A stretch of 64,000 bases of DNA from Carpediemonas membranifera BICM (Eukaryota > Protista > Fornicata). Below, in pieces: positions 20,030 to 30,167 of this stretch (its first letter is position 1; each line of letters starts with the position of its first letter). Location: contig JAHDYR010000004.1 of assembly GCA_019828565.1 (NCBI GenBank), positions 186,001 to 250,000 on the forward strand, in the 5' to 3' direction. The position numbers were made by a program, and so were the translations under genes. Under the pieces are notes generated by a model that searched no databases, was not told where the DNA came from, and worked only from the letters and a program-made list of their open reading frames with translations.

Positions 20030-23023
20030 ATGAGCACCGCTGGAAACGATCCCGATGAAAGTGTTCAAACTTCTGTCTCCATGAACGGCGATGCCCGAGA
20101 ACGATTAGGAAGTCGGTCGTTTGAAGGCCAAGAAGCATCGCAAAGCCGCTGTGGGGAGCAGAGTTTTGATTTGGAAGCTATAGACCATCAGAACCCAGAT
20201 AATTCTCAGTTTGTGAGATCCGAGGACGATTCAGCACTTGATCGCATGATCTCGAAGTATCTCGCGCAGGAAGGCTGCCACCCCGAGTTCTCGCTCAGCA
20301 TCGCGTCCCAACAAGTGCCCGCGCCCTCCGAGCATGAGCCCGAGCCAACTCGAAACCATACCAACACTGGCACTGAAGGCGTGCCCACTGACGTCCAACC
20401 CTTGGAAGCACGACGCCCCTTGAAGTTGGCGATGACGACACCGGCTGACACTCCGCTCCCGAGTAGAAACGAGTCGAAAATCAAGGAGCTTTTGCCCGAG
20501 AAGCTGAAGCGTGTCAAGGCCTGCAGCTTCAGAAAGGGCCTGCTCAACGGTCTTCTTGCCATCCAGTCAGCCCTGCGTCACTGTGCCCCCGACATGCCCA
20601 AGAAGAGCACCCGAACCACCAACCCCCTGCCCAGAAGACTGAGCGGAGTACCGCCCACCAGGAAGAAGTCTGCCAAATCTAACAAGACTATCAATCTGGG
20701 AAAGAATGAGAAGAATCGGGTGGCCAAAAAGAACCGTGACCAGAGGATTGACAAGTTCCGTGGTGAGCTCGGTGCTATCTCTGAGGAGGCCAGTGCAACC
20801 TTGGAAGACATTCGCCAGGTCGAAGAGGTTGTGTCAGAGTTCCTCCCTCTCTGTCAGACATGCCAAGTGAAAGAACCCGAGTGGACCACTACTACGTCTG
20901 ATAGCACCAACAACGACAGTCCCGCCACTCACGACAAGACAATTGTGGTAGAAATCAACTATCACCTTCACATGGAGAACCAGGGTTTGTGGGGTAAGCT
21001 CCTCGTCCTCGTCTGGGCACTGTCCCTGCTTGGTTTCGCGGGCCCGGGCGTGCACCGTGACTTTAAGATGGAGTCGTTGGCGCAGACACCTGATTCGGAT
21101 GCTGAGTCTGGCCATCAGGCGATTAGCAATGAAGCTGCGCGTCAGCGCAAGTGCAGGAAGGAGATGGCCCAACTTGTGGTCGAGAACGCGGGGCTCAGAA
21201 AACAGAACAACGTCCTCCAGGCGCTGATAGATCAGATGCTTCAATTTCTTCGTGATCTGCTCAAAAAGAAAAGCACTCATGGCGGCAGTACTGCCAATGG
21301 AGACAACAGCGACGACGGCGAGACGCCGGGTGGTGATGATGTCGACGACGGTTGCTCCGGAAGAAGGGATGGAGGACGTGTGCCACAGCATCAGGCTACA
21401 GGAGGTAGGAAGGCGAAGCAGGCTCGGGCCATGTCAGACGAGGTCATCGCCCAGGCCATGACCTGGCTCATGGCGATGGAGGTCGTGGTCGACGTGAAGC
21501 AGGCACTCGTTGATGCCTATCGCCGCTCTCTGTCAGTGGCGGCTGACGTCCCCGGGGACATCCCCACGCTGCTGAGGCACGTCTACTCGAGGCACGTCGG
21601 CGGGGTCATGCCGTCAGTGCAGAAGCCGGAGGTCATCGAGGCCACACCAGCCGATCTCGACGAGCTCAGTGCCATGCTCGATGCCATTCCCGAGCTCAAG
21701 CCTGAGGCCCAGACCCTCCTCGACCGCGCCCGCTCGATCCTCACAGACGGCCCCTCGCTGTCCAAGAACGCCGAGCTTGTGGATGGCGAGGACCTCCCAG
21801 TCGCCCTGCACACCCTGCTCCAGGGGACACTGTGGAGCATTCTCATGCAGGCTGGTGCTGACCCGGACCTGGCCCGCTCTGCCGAGGATGCCGTCGCTCA
21901 ACAAGTCGCCTACACAGCAGCAGACAAGCTCCTTTGGTTCCTCTGCCGCAAGTTCTTGTTCACCCACCACGTTGCAGCGAAGGACGGCCTCTTTTCTCAG
22001 GAGTCTTCCTGGAACTTCTACGCTGCCCACGTCCTCTACGTCGGCCGTCTCTTCAAGCTCGCCCCCGTCCCCACCCACGGACCTCAGCTCACCCGGAAGC
22101 TCAGAAGAGTGGTTATGCCCCCTATTGTCGCACTATACACCAACACGAGCAAGAGCAGCTTCATCGGGGTCACCCCGAGCGGACTCTGGACATGGGGCGC
22201 TAACGAGCAGAACCAGCTTGGTATCGCGTCCCACGGCGAGCCAGTCCACCCAGCTCGCGTATCTTTCACTGCATGCAGGGATCTCGCCGAGTACGAAAGC
22301 ACCCTGCCTGCCTGGAGGAAGGCCAGGCTTGTTGATAAGGTCTGGATGCTGCCCGAGAGGACTTTCATCCTCACACCAGTAGGAATGATCATGGCGGGCT
22401 ATGACCGTCGCTGGTACATCGGACCCAACCGTCACCACGCGACATTCAAGCCGGTTCCCCTCCCCGCCGGTTTCTCGGTCGCCCATCTTATGGATACGGA
22501 AGATATGACTGTCATCACGAGTCAGGATGCTCGGCAAGTGATCTCGGGCTCGAACGGGTCTGGCGAGCTCGGCCTTGGCCACCAGAGAACGATGACGTTG
22601 TTCGCCGAGCTTCCGTTCTGGGTAGACAAGATTGTCGTCCGGTCGAGCCAGTTCGCCGTCTTCCTCAGCGACAGTCGGCTGCTGTTCGCTGGAAGAGTTC
22701 CGACTCCCATCGCCCAGTCGGGCCTTCTCGACATGAGCGAGGGCACAGTCTGCTCGACGGCTACCCTGCTTCATCTGCCACCCGGTGTGAAGGCCTTCGT
22801 ATGCACGGCCACGTGTGTCGCGTGGGTGGTTGCTAACAAGACGTTCTGCTGGACACGAAAGCACTGCCTACAGGGCGTTCCTTTCGAGTCGACCTTGGTG
22901 GCGCAGGGCCGTTTCTGTGACAAAGACGGTCAGTGGCATCGTGTGTGTGTGTCGGATGACGGGGCCAGTCTTGAGCTGTGTGACGCGGCATCAGTGTCTG
23001 TCGAACTCATGCCGTTGTTTTGA
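20030..23023 (+). CDS. Protein with N-terminal basic/leucine-zipper-like segments and C-terminal RCC1-like repeats
   Basis: NEAARQRKCRKEMAQLVVENAGLRKQNNVL; RCC1-like LWTWGANEQNQLG and SGSNGSGELGLGH. Could be two genes (second ATG 21431). Confidence 0.6.
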   Translation: MSTAGNDPDESVQTSVSMNGDARERLGSRSFEGQEASQSRCGEQSFDLEAIDHQNPDNSQFVRSEDDSALDRMISKYLAQEGCHPEFSLSIASQQVPAPSEHEPEPTRNHTNTGTEGVPTDVQPLEARRPLKLAMTTPADTPLPSRNESKIKELLPEKLKRVKACSFRKGLLNGLLAIQSALRHCAPDMPKKSTRTTNPLPRRLSGVPPTRKKSAKSNKTINLGKNEKNRVAKKNRDQRIDKFRGELGAISEEASATLEDIRQVEEVVSEFLPLCQTCQVKEPEWTTTTSDSTNNDSPATHDKTIVVEINYHLHMENQGLWGKLLVLVWALSLLGFAGPGVHRDFKMESLAQTPDSDAESGHQAISNEAARQRKCRKEMAQLVVENAGLRKQNNVLQALIDQMLQFLRDLLKKKSTHGGSTANGDNSDDGETPGGDDVDDGCSGRRDGGRVPQHQATGGRKAKQARAMSDEVIAQAMTWLMAMEVVVDVKQALVDAYRRSLSVAADVPGDIPTLLRHVYSRHVGGVMPSVQKPEVIEATPADLDELSAMLDAIPELKPEAQTLLDRARSILTDGPSLSKNAELVDGEDLPVALHTLLQGTLWSILMQAGADPDLARSAEDAVAQQVAYTAADKLLWFLCRKFLFTHHVAAKDGLFSQESSWNFYAAHVLYVGRLFKLAPVPTHGPQLTRKLRRVVMPPIVALYTNTSKSSFIGVTPSGLWTWGANEQNQLGIASHGEPVHPARVSFTACRDLAEYESTLPAWRKARLVDKVWMLPERTFILTPVGMIMAGYDRRWYIGPNRHHATFKPVPLPAGFSVAHLMDTEDMTVITSQDARQVISGSNGSGELGLGHQRTMTLFAELPFWVDKIVVRSSQFAVFLSDSRLLFAGRVPTPIAQSGLLDMSEGTVCSTATLLHLPPGVKAFVCTATCVAWVVANKTFCWTRKHCLQGVPFESTLVAQGRFCDKDGQWHRVCVSDDGASLELCDAASVSVELMPLF

Positions 23024-23973
23024 TAAAAGTGGATTGTGAGAAGTGGTGTTTCTGAAAGGACGTCTGTGAGCTTACCCTAAGTAAAATTCTAGGTCTACTA
23101 TGATGCGGTGGGCGTCTACTACCATGTGGATGCCCCATCAGTCGTCGTAGAGGTTCCTGACATAAACTGCACACTTCTCCTTCTGGCGATGTCACGCGTT
23201 ACTCCAGCGCACAACTCTTGAGATGCCGCGAAGTTGTCCAAAGTACGCTAAATCATAGCTCGAGGACGACGAGACGCGCCGCCGCTTCGCCTTCCACATG
23301 TTCGGCGGTCAGCTCCCCCAGCCCGGCTCTGTCGGCGTGACCCTCCACAGCCACCACCGCGTGTACGCCGACTGCGCGGGCAGAGCCCGCCACCCTCGTC
23401 TGGATGACGCCGGTCAGATGCGCCAGGCGATGCACGACTCATTCTCCACCGCCGGAGACATGGTTATGGACTTTAACCGACCCGAGGGCGTCGCAAGTCA
23501 GCGCGAACAAGAGACTGAGGCGAGTGCTGCGAAAAAGCGTTGTTTACTTCGTTCCTTCCAGGTCATATGGCACTACTCTTGCTCGCAGTCAATCATCTTC
23601 AGGTCACCCGCGAGGCGCCCTAATCACCATTCAGAAATTGCGGCAGTTTTGTCTGCAGGATGCAGCCAACCATTGGCTGATCAGCAAAGGTTCTGCCCGA
23701 CCGCACGCGCCCCAGCCCGAGCCCGGGCTGGTATCTCGCCCGTTACTTCGGGCGAATATCAGCCGTACCCATCGAGATGACGCACCCGCACAGCTGACAA
23801 TTAGTATGCACTGCCGGGCGTGAATTATCCCTGACAGCGGCACCTGATGCAGCGCGTTGTCGACGGAAGGTAAGGTAAGCATCGGTTCTGGCATATTCCT
23901 GGCTTGCCGAGGCGATGAGGTCGGCACCTGACCTCGCCATAAATATCCACAGCATAGCTCTACACTTTACTAT

Positions 23974-24669
23974 CTACCGCCCCAGGAGCCGGCCGAACAG
24001 ACCCATGCATCCCCCGTCACTGGACCTCGCTTGTGTGAGTTCGATATGGTCGTCATCGTCGGAATGAATCAAGCCTCTGTCCTTGTAGAAATGCCACGCA
24101 TAGGCTACCATCTGGTCGAAGGCGTCGCTCACGCCCTTGTTTAGCCGGGCGGAAGTCTTGAAATGACCAGCAACGCCAAGATCTCTCATCTTGGAAGAGA
24201 TTTCTTCATCAGTCACATAGGTGCCGTTCTTGACGAGATCAGTCTTGTTAGCAATGCAGAAGATGGGAATGTCCTCCTCGACCTCGTCATCACGTTGAAC
24301 CCATGTCTGTTGCCGAATGCTGCCAACAAGCTCCTCAAGCTGGTCAAAGGACTCGCGGCCCTCAGGGCTGATGTCGTACATCAGAATGGCGATGTGAGCT
24401 CCCTTGAAGAACGTTGGGTATAGCCCCACGAACCGGGACTGGCCCGCAATATCCCACAGGTAGATGGAGACGGGCTCGCCGTCAACAGTGGTGGATACCG
24501 CGGTCATATCGGCACCTACAGTGAGCTTGTATTGGTCTGATACTTCTTGGTGCATCATACTGCGAATAAAACTTGTCTTCCCTGCGTTAGAAGAAGGAAA
24601 GGGATACAAACCCACAGCCCAGCGGCCGACGAGGATGAACTTCAATGCTACAGAGTTATCCATGGACAT
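23974..24669 (-). CDS. Rab-family small GTPase (Rab32/38/29-like WDIAGQ), with one 30-nt intron at 24582-24611
   Basis: Removing gtttgt...ctaacgcag yields P-loop GRWAVGKT; YKLTVGAD, WDIAGQSRF, NKTD, TSAR. Confidence 0.88.
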   Translation of the reverse strand: MSMDNSVALKFILVGRWAVGLYPFPSSNAGKTSFIRSMMHQEVSDQYKLTVGADMTAVSTTVDGEPVSIYLWDIAGQSRFVGLYPTFFKGAHIAILMYDISPEGRESFDQLEELVGSIRQQTWVQRDDEVEEDIPIFCIANKTDLVKNGTYVTDEEISSKMRDLGVAGHFKTSARLNKGVSDAFDQMVAYAWHFYKDRGLIHSDDDDHIELTQARSSDGGCMGLFGRLLGR

Positions 24670-24853
24670 ATGTGTTGTGTGATGTTCTTTGAGCTCTTTG
24701 AGAAACCCCTGAGAGTGGCGATTCTCTCTTCGCGTTGTCAACCCCCAATACATGCTACATAGGCTCACATAAATCCCCCAAACAACACAACACCGTTTAA
24801 ATAACAACTAACACCACCATCCCCACATATAATCATCATCCCATGATCACTCA

Positions 24854-27800
24854 TCATCCCTCCATCGCAGCAATAAGCGCCGCCGAGTACGGCAAACCAG
24901 ACCCCCATAGTTCCACTACAAGCTCCCTCAGCGGCCCAAGATGGTATTCCCGGACTGGTCCTACGACAGACCCGCTCGCCAAGCTGGCTATCCCTGCGAG
25001 AGCGGCCATGATATTCCTGGGGAAAAGAGGGTTATCTCTATCACCGCCTGACGCAGTCATGGCGGGCAGTTTAGCGCTCAGAAGCCTCATTACTGCGGCA
25101 GGGAGCACGGGAGAGGCGTGTCTAGCTGCAAGGGCTGCTGGGACTGGGATAGCCTTCGCACTCCTGACCGCCGACACCCAGGCCGGATGGTGTGTCGCGT
25201 CCAGTGTCATCGCCCCATGCCCCTCGGACTGTGACTCCTCGATCTCAATGGACGCGATCCTGTTGTGGAAAGGAATGGCGCATGGCGACTTGACCTCCAG
25301 CACCGTCCCGTCGGTCAGCACGACTCGGGCGTCGACTCTGTGGGGCTCGCCGTCGAGTGTGAACGAAAGGTAGGAGGTCTCCACGCACCGGTGGAAGAGG
25401 TGGCGCAGGGGCTGTAGCAGGGTGGTCATGTCGTCGGTGGTGATGTGCTCTCCAGGCATGATCGACACCAACAGGGCCGCCTTTCGATGGGCGTCGTCTG
25501 CTCTCAGCGTGGCCTTTCCCCCAGCGAGACCGAGGAACCCGAGTGCCATGTTCAGCCGCATGTGGTGGCCGTAGTTGTAGGGTACGATCCTCATCTGGGT
25601 CAACCCGCTCTCGACCATCGTCTTGGCCTGGAGAAGGAGGGTGACGGCACCGACATCGCCAGTGCCCGATAGGATTGCGCCAATGGCAAGACCCACGTCC
25701 GCAACGAGGCAGGCATACGCACCCACGGGTACGCCGCTGAGAACGAGGCCGGGCAGGATGAGGTTGCCGGACGTGCCGGCTGCCAGCGCCGCAGTCATCG
25801 TCGGCTTCAACATGCTGTCCACAAGGTCGGTCTTGTGCGTACCGGCGTGTTCAATGCCCATAGCGAGGGCAAGGCCGGCTAGTGCGTGGATCGTGTGAAG
25901 ACAGAGGGAGATATAATCGAATCCTGGATATATCGGATCTGGTTCAGATTTGACAAATCTATATAGATTCGGTGAGATACAGTATGATACAAATTCATCC
26001 CAGTTCTTCGGGAGATTCTCCGGATCAATCACGCCCCTGCCCAATGTCTTGAACTCAGTGAGGAACGGCAACTGGTCGATGACGTCTTCGGGTGTCTTCG
26101 GGTTTCCGAGGAGGCCCTTAAGAACATACTGAGCCGTGTTAGTTGTGTTTCCGCGGTCCATCATGATGAGTGTGAGAGCCGTGATCGCCCCTGGAGCGGT
26201 GGACGCAGGTGAGATCTTGGCGCCCTCCCAAGCAGTCGGGGCGACCCTGTAAGACACCGTGTGGCCCTGCTCGACCTGATAGAACCCAGCCCCGGGCTCG
26301 ACAAAGTGGCCGTTCTTCCGGGCAGCCCGCTCCGGTACTGTGGCGTTGGGGTGGACGTCTCCGTTGATACAGGCGGCGAGCACGGCGAGAATGTCCCCCC
26401 CCCTGACGTCAAACACGCCCTCTCCGCCTGACTCGAGGCCGATCAGACCCAGGGCAATGCCACACGACGTGCACCGTGCCTGCTGGGTGAAGAACTCCTG
26501 CTGCGTCGCGTCGGCCATGAGCACCGAGTCGGCCCGCACCTTAAACTGCCCGTTACACCACCAGCCGGGCCACAGCGTGATCTCCGTGGCGAGTGCGGCC
26601 GAGATGTTCCTGTCGCGGGTCCCTGCGAAGACCATGCCTACTGCTACGATAGCAGTGGCCTGCACCGTCGTGTTGATGGCGGGGTTGAGGTCTGCGGGGT
26701 AGCACAGCGACGGGATGTGAAGGGAGAGCAGCTTCTTCGCCTGGACGTCCTCGGAGCCGTAGTATGAGCACCCCAGGGCCAGTAGAAGGCCGGTGGGGAG
26801 CTCGGCGCGACCAGCAGTGATCGACAGGTTGAGCAGCTCGACAATGTTTCGCCAGTGGACAACCCGGAGCGCTGCACTGTTGAGGCCTAGGCCGAAGAGG
26901 AGCCCGCCCCGCACGGCCTGCATCAGCTTGCTGTCCTCGTCGTCCTCTGGTGGTATCGGCCGCTCTTTGGGCAGGGTCGGGGTGACGCCCGCCCCGCCGT
27001 CGAGATCGGCCGCGGTGACCGCAGGAGTGTAAGTGAGCGCCTCCCCAGCCCCAGCCCGGCCCTGGTTCGACCCAGTACGGGATCTGATGACTGCATGTCG
27101 CGTGGCGTGATAGACCACCCATTGGGCTGTAACATTGAGATTCCTCAACTCAATCGAGGTCACTCTGGCGACGGCGAGGTGGAAGTAGGGTTGTAGTAGG
27201 AATGAGGAGGTGATCCCAGCAGTATCAAGCGCCACGTGTGCGGCTCGACGGGCTCCTAAACCTGCGCGCTTGAACACGCCACTGATGACGACCCGTTCGA
27301 TGTCTAGCAGGGTAGATGGGGCAAAGTGGCGGTCGGTCTTTGCCATAGCAGCGCCCTGCCCGACGCCCTTGCTCAGGTGAGCCTGGGCGTGCTCGAAGAG
27401 GTCGCATTGGCGGACGTCCGCAGCCTGGGGCTCAGGCTCGATTATCTCACACGGCTCGGTAATATCCAGCATCTTTGAGATCAGGGAGTATCTGTTGTCG
27501 ATGCGGTCATCCCTCGTCTTGCGGCCATCCGACAGCGGGAGGAGGAAGCCCTCCATCGGGCCAGAGAGCAGGGGCGACGGCACCATCTTCTTGGTCCTAT
27601 GGGTCGGCTGGAGTATCCCGAGCACGCTGACTATGAACTGGACTGGGGCGGGTGCTAGGGGCAGCAGGGCGGGGTCGGGGGCCGGTCTCATGAGAAGCAG
27701 GACAGCCGCAACCTCGGGGAAGAGTGTTTTGAACGCCGTGGGAAGTTCTGTGCGGAACAGGCCGTTGTGTATGCGGTTGATTAGGATGTGTGGCAGGCTG

Positions 27801-28084
27801 AAGGGCACGGGGTCGCGGATGAGGGGGCCGAAGACGTCGCGATTGACGACACGGGGGAGTGCGACGGGTTCACGGGCTGTATCAAGCTCTACACCGGTAA
27901 TATACGGCTCTAGATACTGTCTATAAAGCTCTCTATTGATGTTTTCATCCTCTTTGATTGTCATCAGCGCCATGTTCGCCGAAATCGCATACCGAAGGAC
28001 ATCTGAGAACCGATCCGTGCGTAGAAGCGCTCTCTCAAGCATAATATTGCTGTATACCAGCCGAAGCAGCTGGTCCTCTGGCAT
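24854..28084 (-). CDS. APC1: Anaphase-promoting complex subunit 1 (shortened; PC repeats and C-terminus)
   Basis: GGLLFGLGLN, GLLLALGCSYYGS, LLSLHIPSL, VQATAIVAVGMVFAGT, YGHHMRLNMALGFLGLAGG, LQPLRHL. Confidence 0.85.
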   Translation of the reverse strand: MPEDQLLRLVYSNIMLERALLRTDRFSDVLRYAISANMALMTIKEDENINRELYRQYLEPYITGVELDTAREPVALPRVVNRDVFGPLIRDPVPFSLPHILINRIHNGLFRTELPTAFKTLFPEVAAVLLLMRPAPDPALLPLAPAPVQFIVSVLGILQPTHRTKKMVPSPLLSGPMEGFLLPLSDGRKTRDDRIDNRYSLISKMLDITEPCEIIEPEPQAADVRQCDLFEHAQAHLSKGVGQGAAMAKTDRHFAPSTLLDIERVVISGVFKRAGLGARRAAHVALDTAGITSSFLLQPYFHLAVARVTSIELRNLNVTAQWVVYHATRHAVIRSRTGSNQGRAGAGEALTYTPAVTAADLDGGAGVTPTLPKERPIPPEDDEDSKLMQAVRGGLLFGLGLNSAALRVVHWRNIVELLNLSITAGRAELPTGLLLALGCSYYGSEDVQAKKLLSLHIPSLCYPADLNPAINTTVQATAIVAVGMVFAGTRDRNISAALATEITLWPGWWCNGQFKVRADSVLMADATQQEFFTQQARCTSCGIALGLIGLESGGEGVFDVRGGDILAVLAACINGDVHPNATVPERAARKNGHFVEPGAGFYQVEQGHTVSYRVAPTAWEGAKISPASTAPGAITALTLIMMDRGNTTNTAQYVLKGLLGNPKTPEDVIDQLPFLTEFKTLGRGVIDPENLPKNWDEFVSYCISPNLYRFVKSEPDPIYPGFDYISLCLHTIHALAGLALAMGIEHAGTHKTDLVDSMLKPTMTAALAAGTSGNLILPGLVLSGVPVGAYACLVADVGLAIGAILSGTGDVGAVTLLLQAKTMVESGLTQMRIVPYNYGHHMRLNMALGFLGLAGGKATLRADDAHRKAALLVSIMPGEHITTDDMTTLLQPLRHLFHRCVETSYLSFTLDGEPHRVDARVVLTDGTVLEVKSPCAIPFHNRIASIEIEESQSEGHGAMTLDATHHPAWVSAVRSAKAIPVPAALAARHASPVLPAAVMRLLSAKLPAMTASGGDRDNPLFPRNIMAALAGIASLASGSVVGPVREYHLGPLRELVVELWGSGLPYSAALIAAMEG

Positions 28085-28255
28085 CCGAGCGTCGCACCAA
28101 TGGAAGGACCTATGCTCCGCAGTTTATGTTTTTCTGTCCGGTACGTCGTAGTACGTCGTTCAAGACCATGCTAGGCGACTCATAGTTGCATCCCAGGCCA
28201 ATACACGTTTTTTCGACAAAACTTCTTGGCGCGCAGAGTCCGGTGCTTTTCGAGA

Positions 28256-30109
28256 ATGGCTGATTCTTGGGGAGATTTTGGAGATAGCAACACCGCAACT
28301 ACCGCAGCACCATCCTCGGGGATCGCTGGCGGTGATTCCTGGACCACCGGGCCATCCACCGGTGGCTCCGGTGATTCCTGGAATGGTGGTGCCTCTGGGA
28401 ACGCTGGCGGCTTCGGCGGCGACGATGGCTGCAACCTTGGTGAAGGTCTCAATGATATAGACTTTGCCAACGAGAGTCTGACGGAGATCCCGAAGAACTT
28501 CTACCATGAAGATCCCATCGTCTCAGCTCGTCCTGACCACGAGATACAGCGCATCTTGCGGGACTACGACATCACCACAGCGGGTACGGACGTTCCTCGC
28601 CCGGTTACTACATTCAAGGAGGCTGGGTTCGTCGGCGACATTCAGGCCATTATTGATGACGCAGGATTCACTAAGCCCACTCCCATCCAGGCCCAGGGCT
28701 TCCCTGTCGCTCTCTCTGGCCGCAATGTGGTCGGTATTGCCGCCACTGGCTCTGGCAAGACCCTTGCCTTCCTCCTTCCCGCGACGTCCCACATCCGTGC
28801 TCAGCCCCCGTCCGAGGCCGGCCAGGGTCCCATCGCACTCATCCTCACCCCCACGCGCGAGCTTGCCCTTCAGATCCAGAAGGAGTCCGAGCGTTTCGTT
28901 GAGACTGGCTTTAAGATCAAGTCTGTCTGCGTCTACGGCGGTGCGCCCAAGAACTACCAGGCCGGCGTCCTCCGCAACGGTATCGACATCGTCATCGCCA
29001 CCCCCGGCCGCCTCATCGACTTCCTCCAGTCAGGCGTCACCAACCTCAAGCGGGTGACCTACCTTGTTCTCGACGAAGCCGACCGTATGCTCGATATGGG
29101 CTTCATGCCCCAGGTCCGCAAGATCGTCGGCCAGGTCCGGCCTGATCGTCAGGTGCTGATGTGGTCTGCTACGTGGCCCAAGGAGGTTGAGACGCTGGCC
29201 AAGGACTTCATCGGAGACTATGTCCGCATCAACGTCGGCGACCCCGGCCTCAAGGCATGCCACGATGTCATGCAGGAGTTCATCTTCGACTGCTTCGACA
29301 TGCGCAGCAAGGTACGCCGCATGAATGACATTCTCCGCGACCTGCGCCAGAGGGACGGCGAGGGCGTGCGGGCCCTCGTCTTCACGCAGACTAAGCGCAC
29401 TGTCGACGAACTCGTCGAAGACATCTGCCGCATGGGCTTCAAGGCTGGCGGCATCCACGGCGACAAGTCCCAGCGCGACCGTGACGCCGTCCTCCAGGCC
29501 TTTAAGCGCGGTTTCTGCGAGGTGCTCGTCGCCACAGATGTTGCCCAGCGCGGTCTCGACATCAAGAACCTTAACTATGTCATCAACTTCGACATGCCGA
29601 ACAATGCAGAGGACTATGTCCACCGCATCGGCCGTACGGGAAGAGCTGGCCAGAGAGGCACCGCCATCTCGTTCTTCAACGACGCCAGCGCCAGGCTTGC
29701 AGGCCCCATCATCAACGTCCTCCGCGAGGCCAACCAGCCTGTTCCTGACCAGCTTTCCCAGATGAAGAGCTCTGGCGGCGGGTTTGGCGGAAACGACCGC
29801 CGCACCCAGTACTCTGATAGGTGGCGTGACATGCCAATTGCTGACTCCTGGAAGTCCCGGCCCCCCCGCGACAGAGACGCCGGCCGCGGCGGCTTCGGTG
29901 GTGATCGCGGCTCTCGCGGCGGTGATTCTTGGGCCTCTGGTGGCTCTCGCGGCGGCGACAGCGGCTCTCGCGGCGGTGATTCTTGGGCCTCTGGTGGCTC
30001 TCGCGGCGGCGACAGCGGCTCTCGCGGCGGTGATTCTTGGGCCTCTGGTGGCGATAGCAAGCCTGCCCCTGCCTCCACTGGCAATTCCGGTGGCGACTCC
30101 TGGTTCTAA
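28256..30109 (+). CDS. DBP2: DEAD-box RNA helicase DBP2/DDX5 type
   Basis: KNFYHE, PTPIQAQG, AATGSGKT, PTRELA, TPGRLID, VTYLVLDEADRMLDMGF, QVRPDRQVLMWSATWPKEV, HRIGRTGRAG. Confidence 0.95.
   Translation: MADSWGDFGDSNTATTAAPSSGIAGGDSWTTGPSTGGSGDSWNGGASGNAGGFGGDDGCNLGEGLNDIDFANESLTEIPKNFYHEDPIVSARPDHEIQRILRDYDITTAGTDVPRPVTTFKEAGFVGDIQAIIDDAGFTKPTPIQAQGFPVALSGRNVVGIAATGSGKTLAFLLPATSHIRAQPPSEAGQGPIALILTPTRELALQIQKESERFVETGFKIKSVCVYGGAPKNYQAGVLRNGIDIVIATPGRLIDFLQSGVTNLKRVTYLVLDEADRMLDMGFMPQVRKIVGQVRPDRQVLMWSATWPKEVETLAKDFIGDYVRINVGDPGLKACHDVMQEFIFDCFDMRSKVRRMNDILRDLRQRDGEGVRALVFTQTKRTVDELVEDICRMGFKAGGIHGDKSQRDRDAVLQAFKRGFCEVLVATDVAQRGLDIKNLNYVINFDMPNNAEDYVHRIGRTGRAGQRGTAISFFNDASARLAGPIINVLREANQPVPDQLSQMKSSGGGFGGNDRRTQYSDRWRDMPIADSWKSRPPRDRDAGRGGFGGDRGSRGGDSWASGGSRGGDSGSRGGDSWASGGSRGGDSGSRGGDSWASGGDSKPAPASTGNSGGDSWF
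29907..30052 (+). repeat. 54-bp coding tandem repeat (~2.7 units; GSRGGDSWASGGSRGGDS)
   Basis: Units start at 29907, 29961 and 30015. Confidence 0.9.
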
Positions 30110-30167
30110 ACGTCCTTCTGTGTGACTCGACAAAGCTTTGCGCAAATCTGGCAAAACCTTGATCCGT

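Noticed and set aside
23253-23780. GC-rich coding-looking patch with overlapping short ORFs
   Set aside because: No recognisable domain or clear start; may be a gene fragment but cannot be supported.
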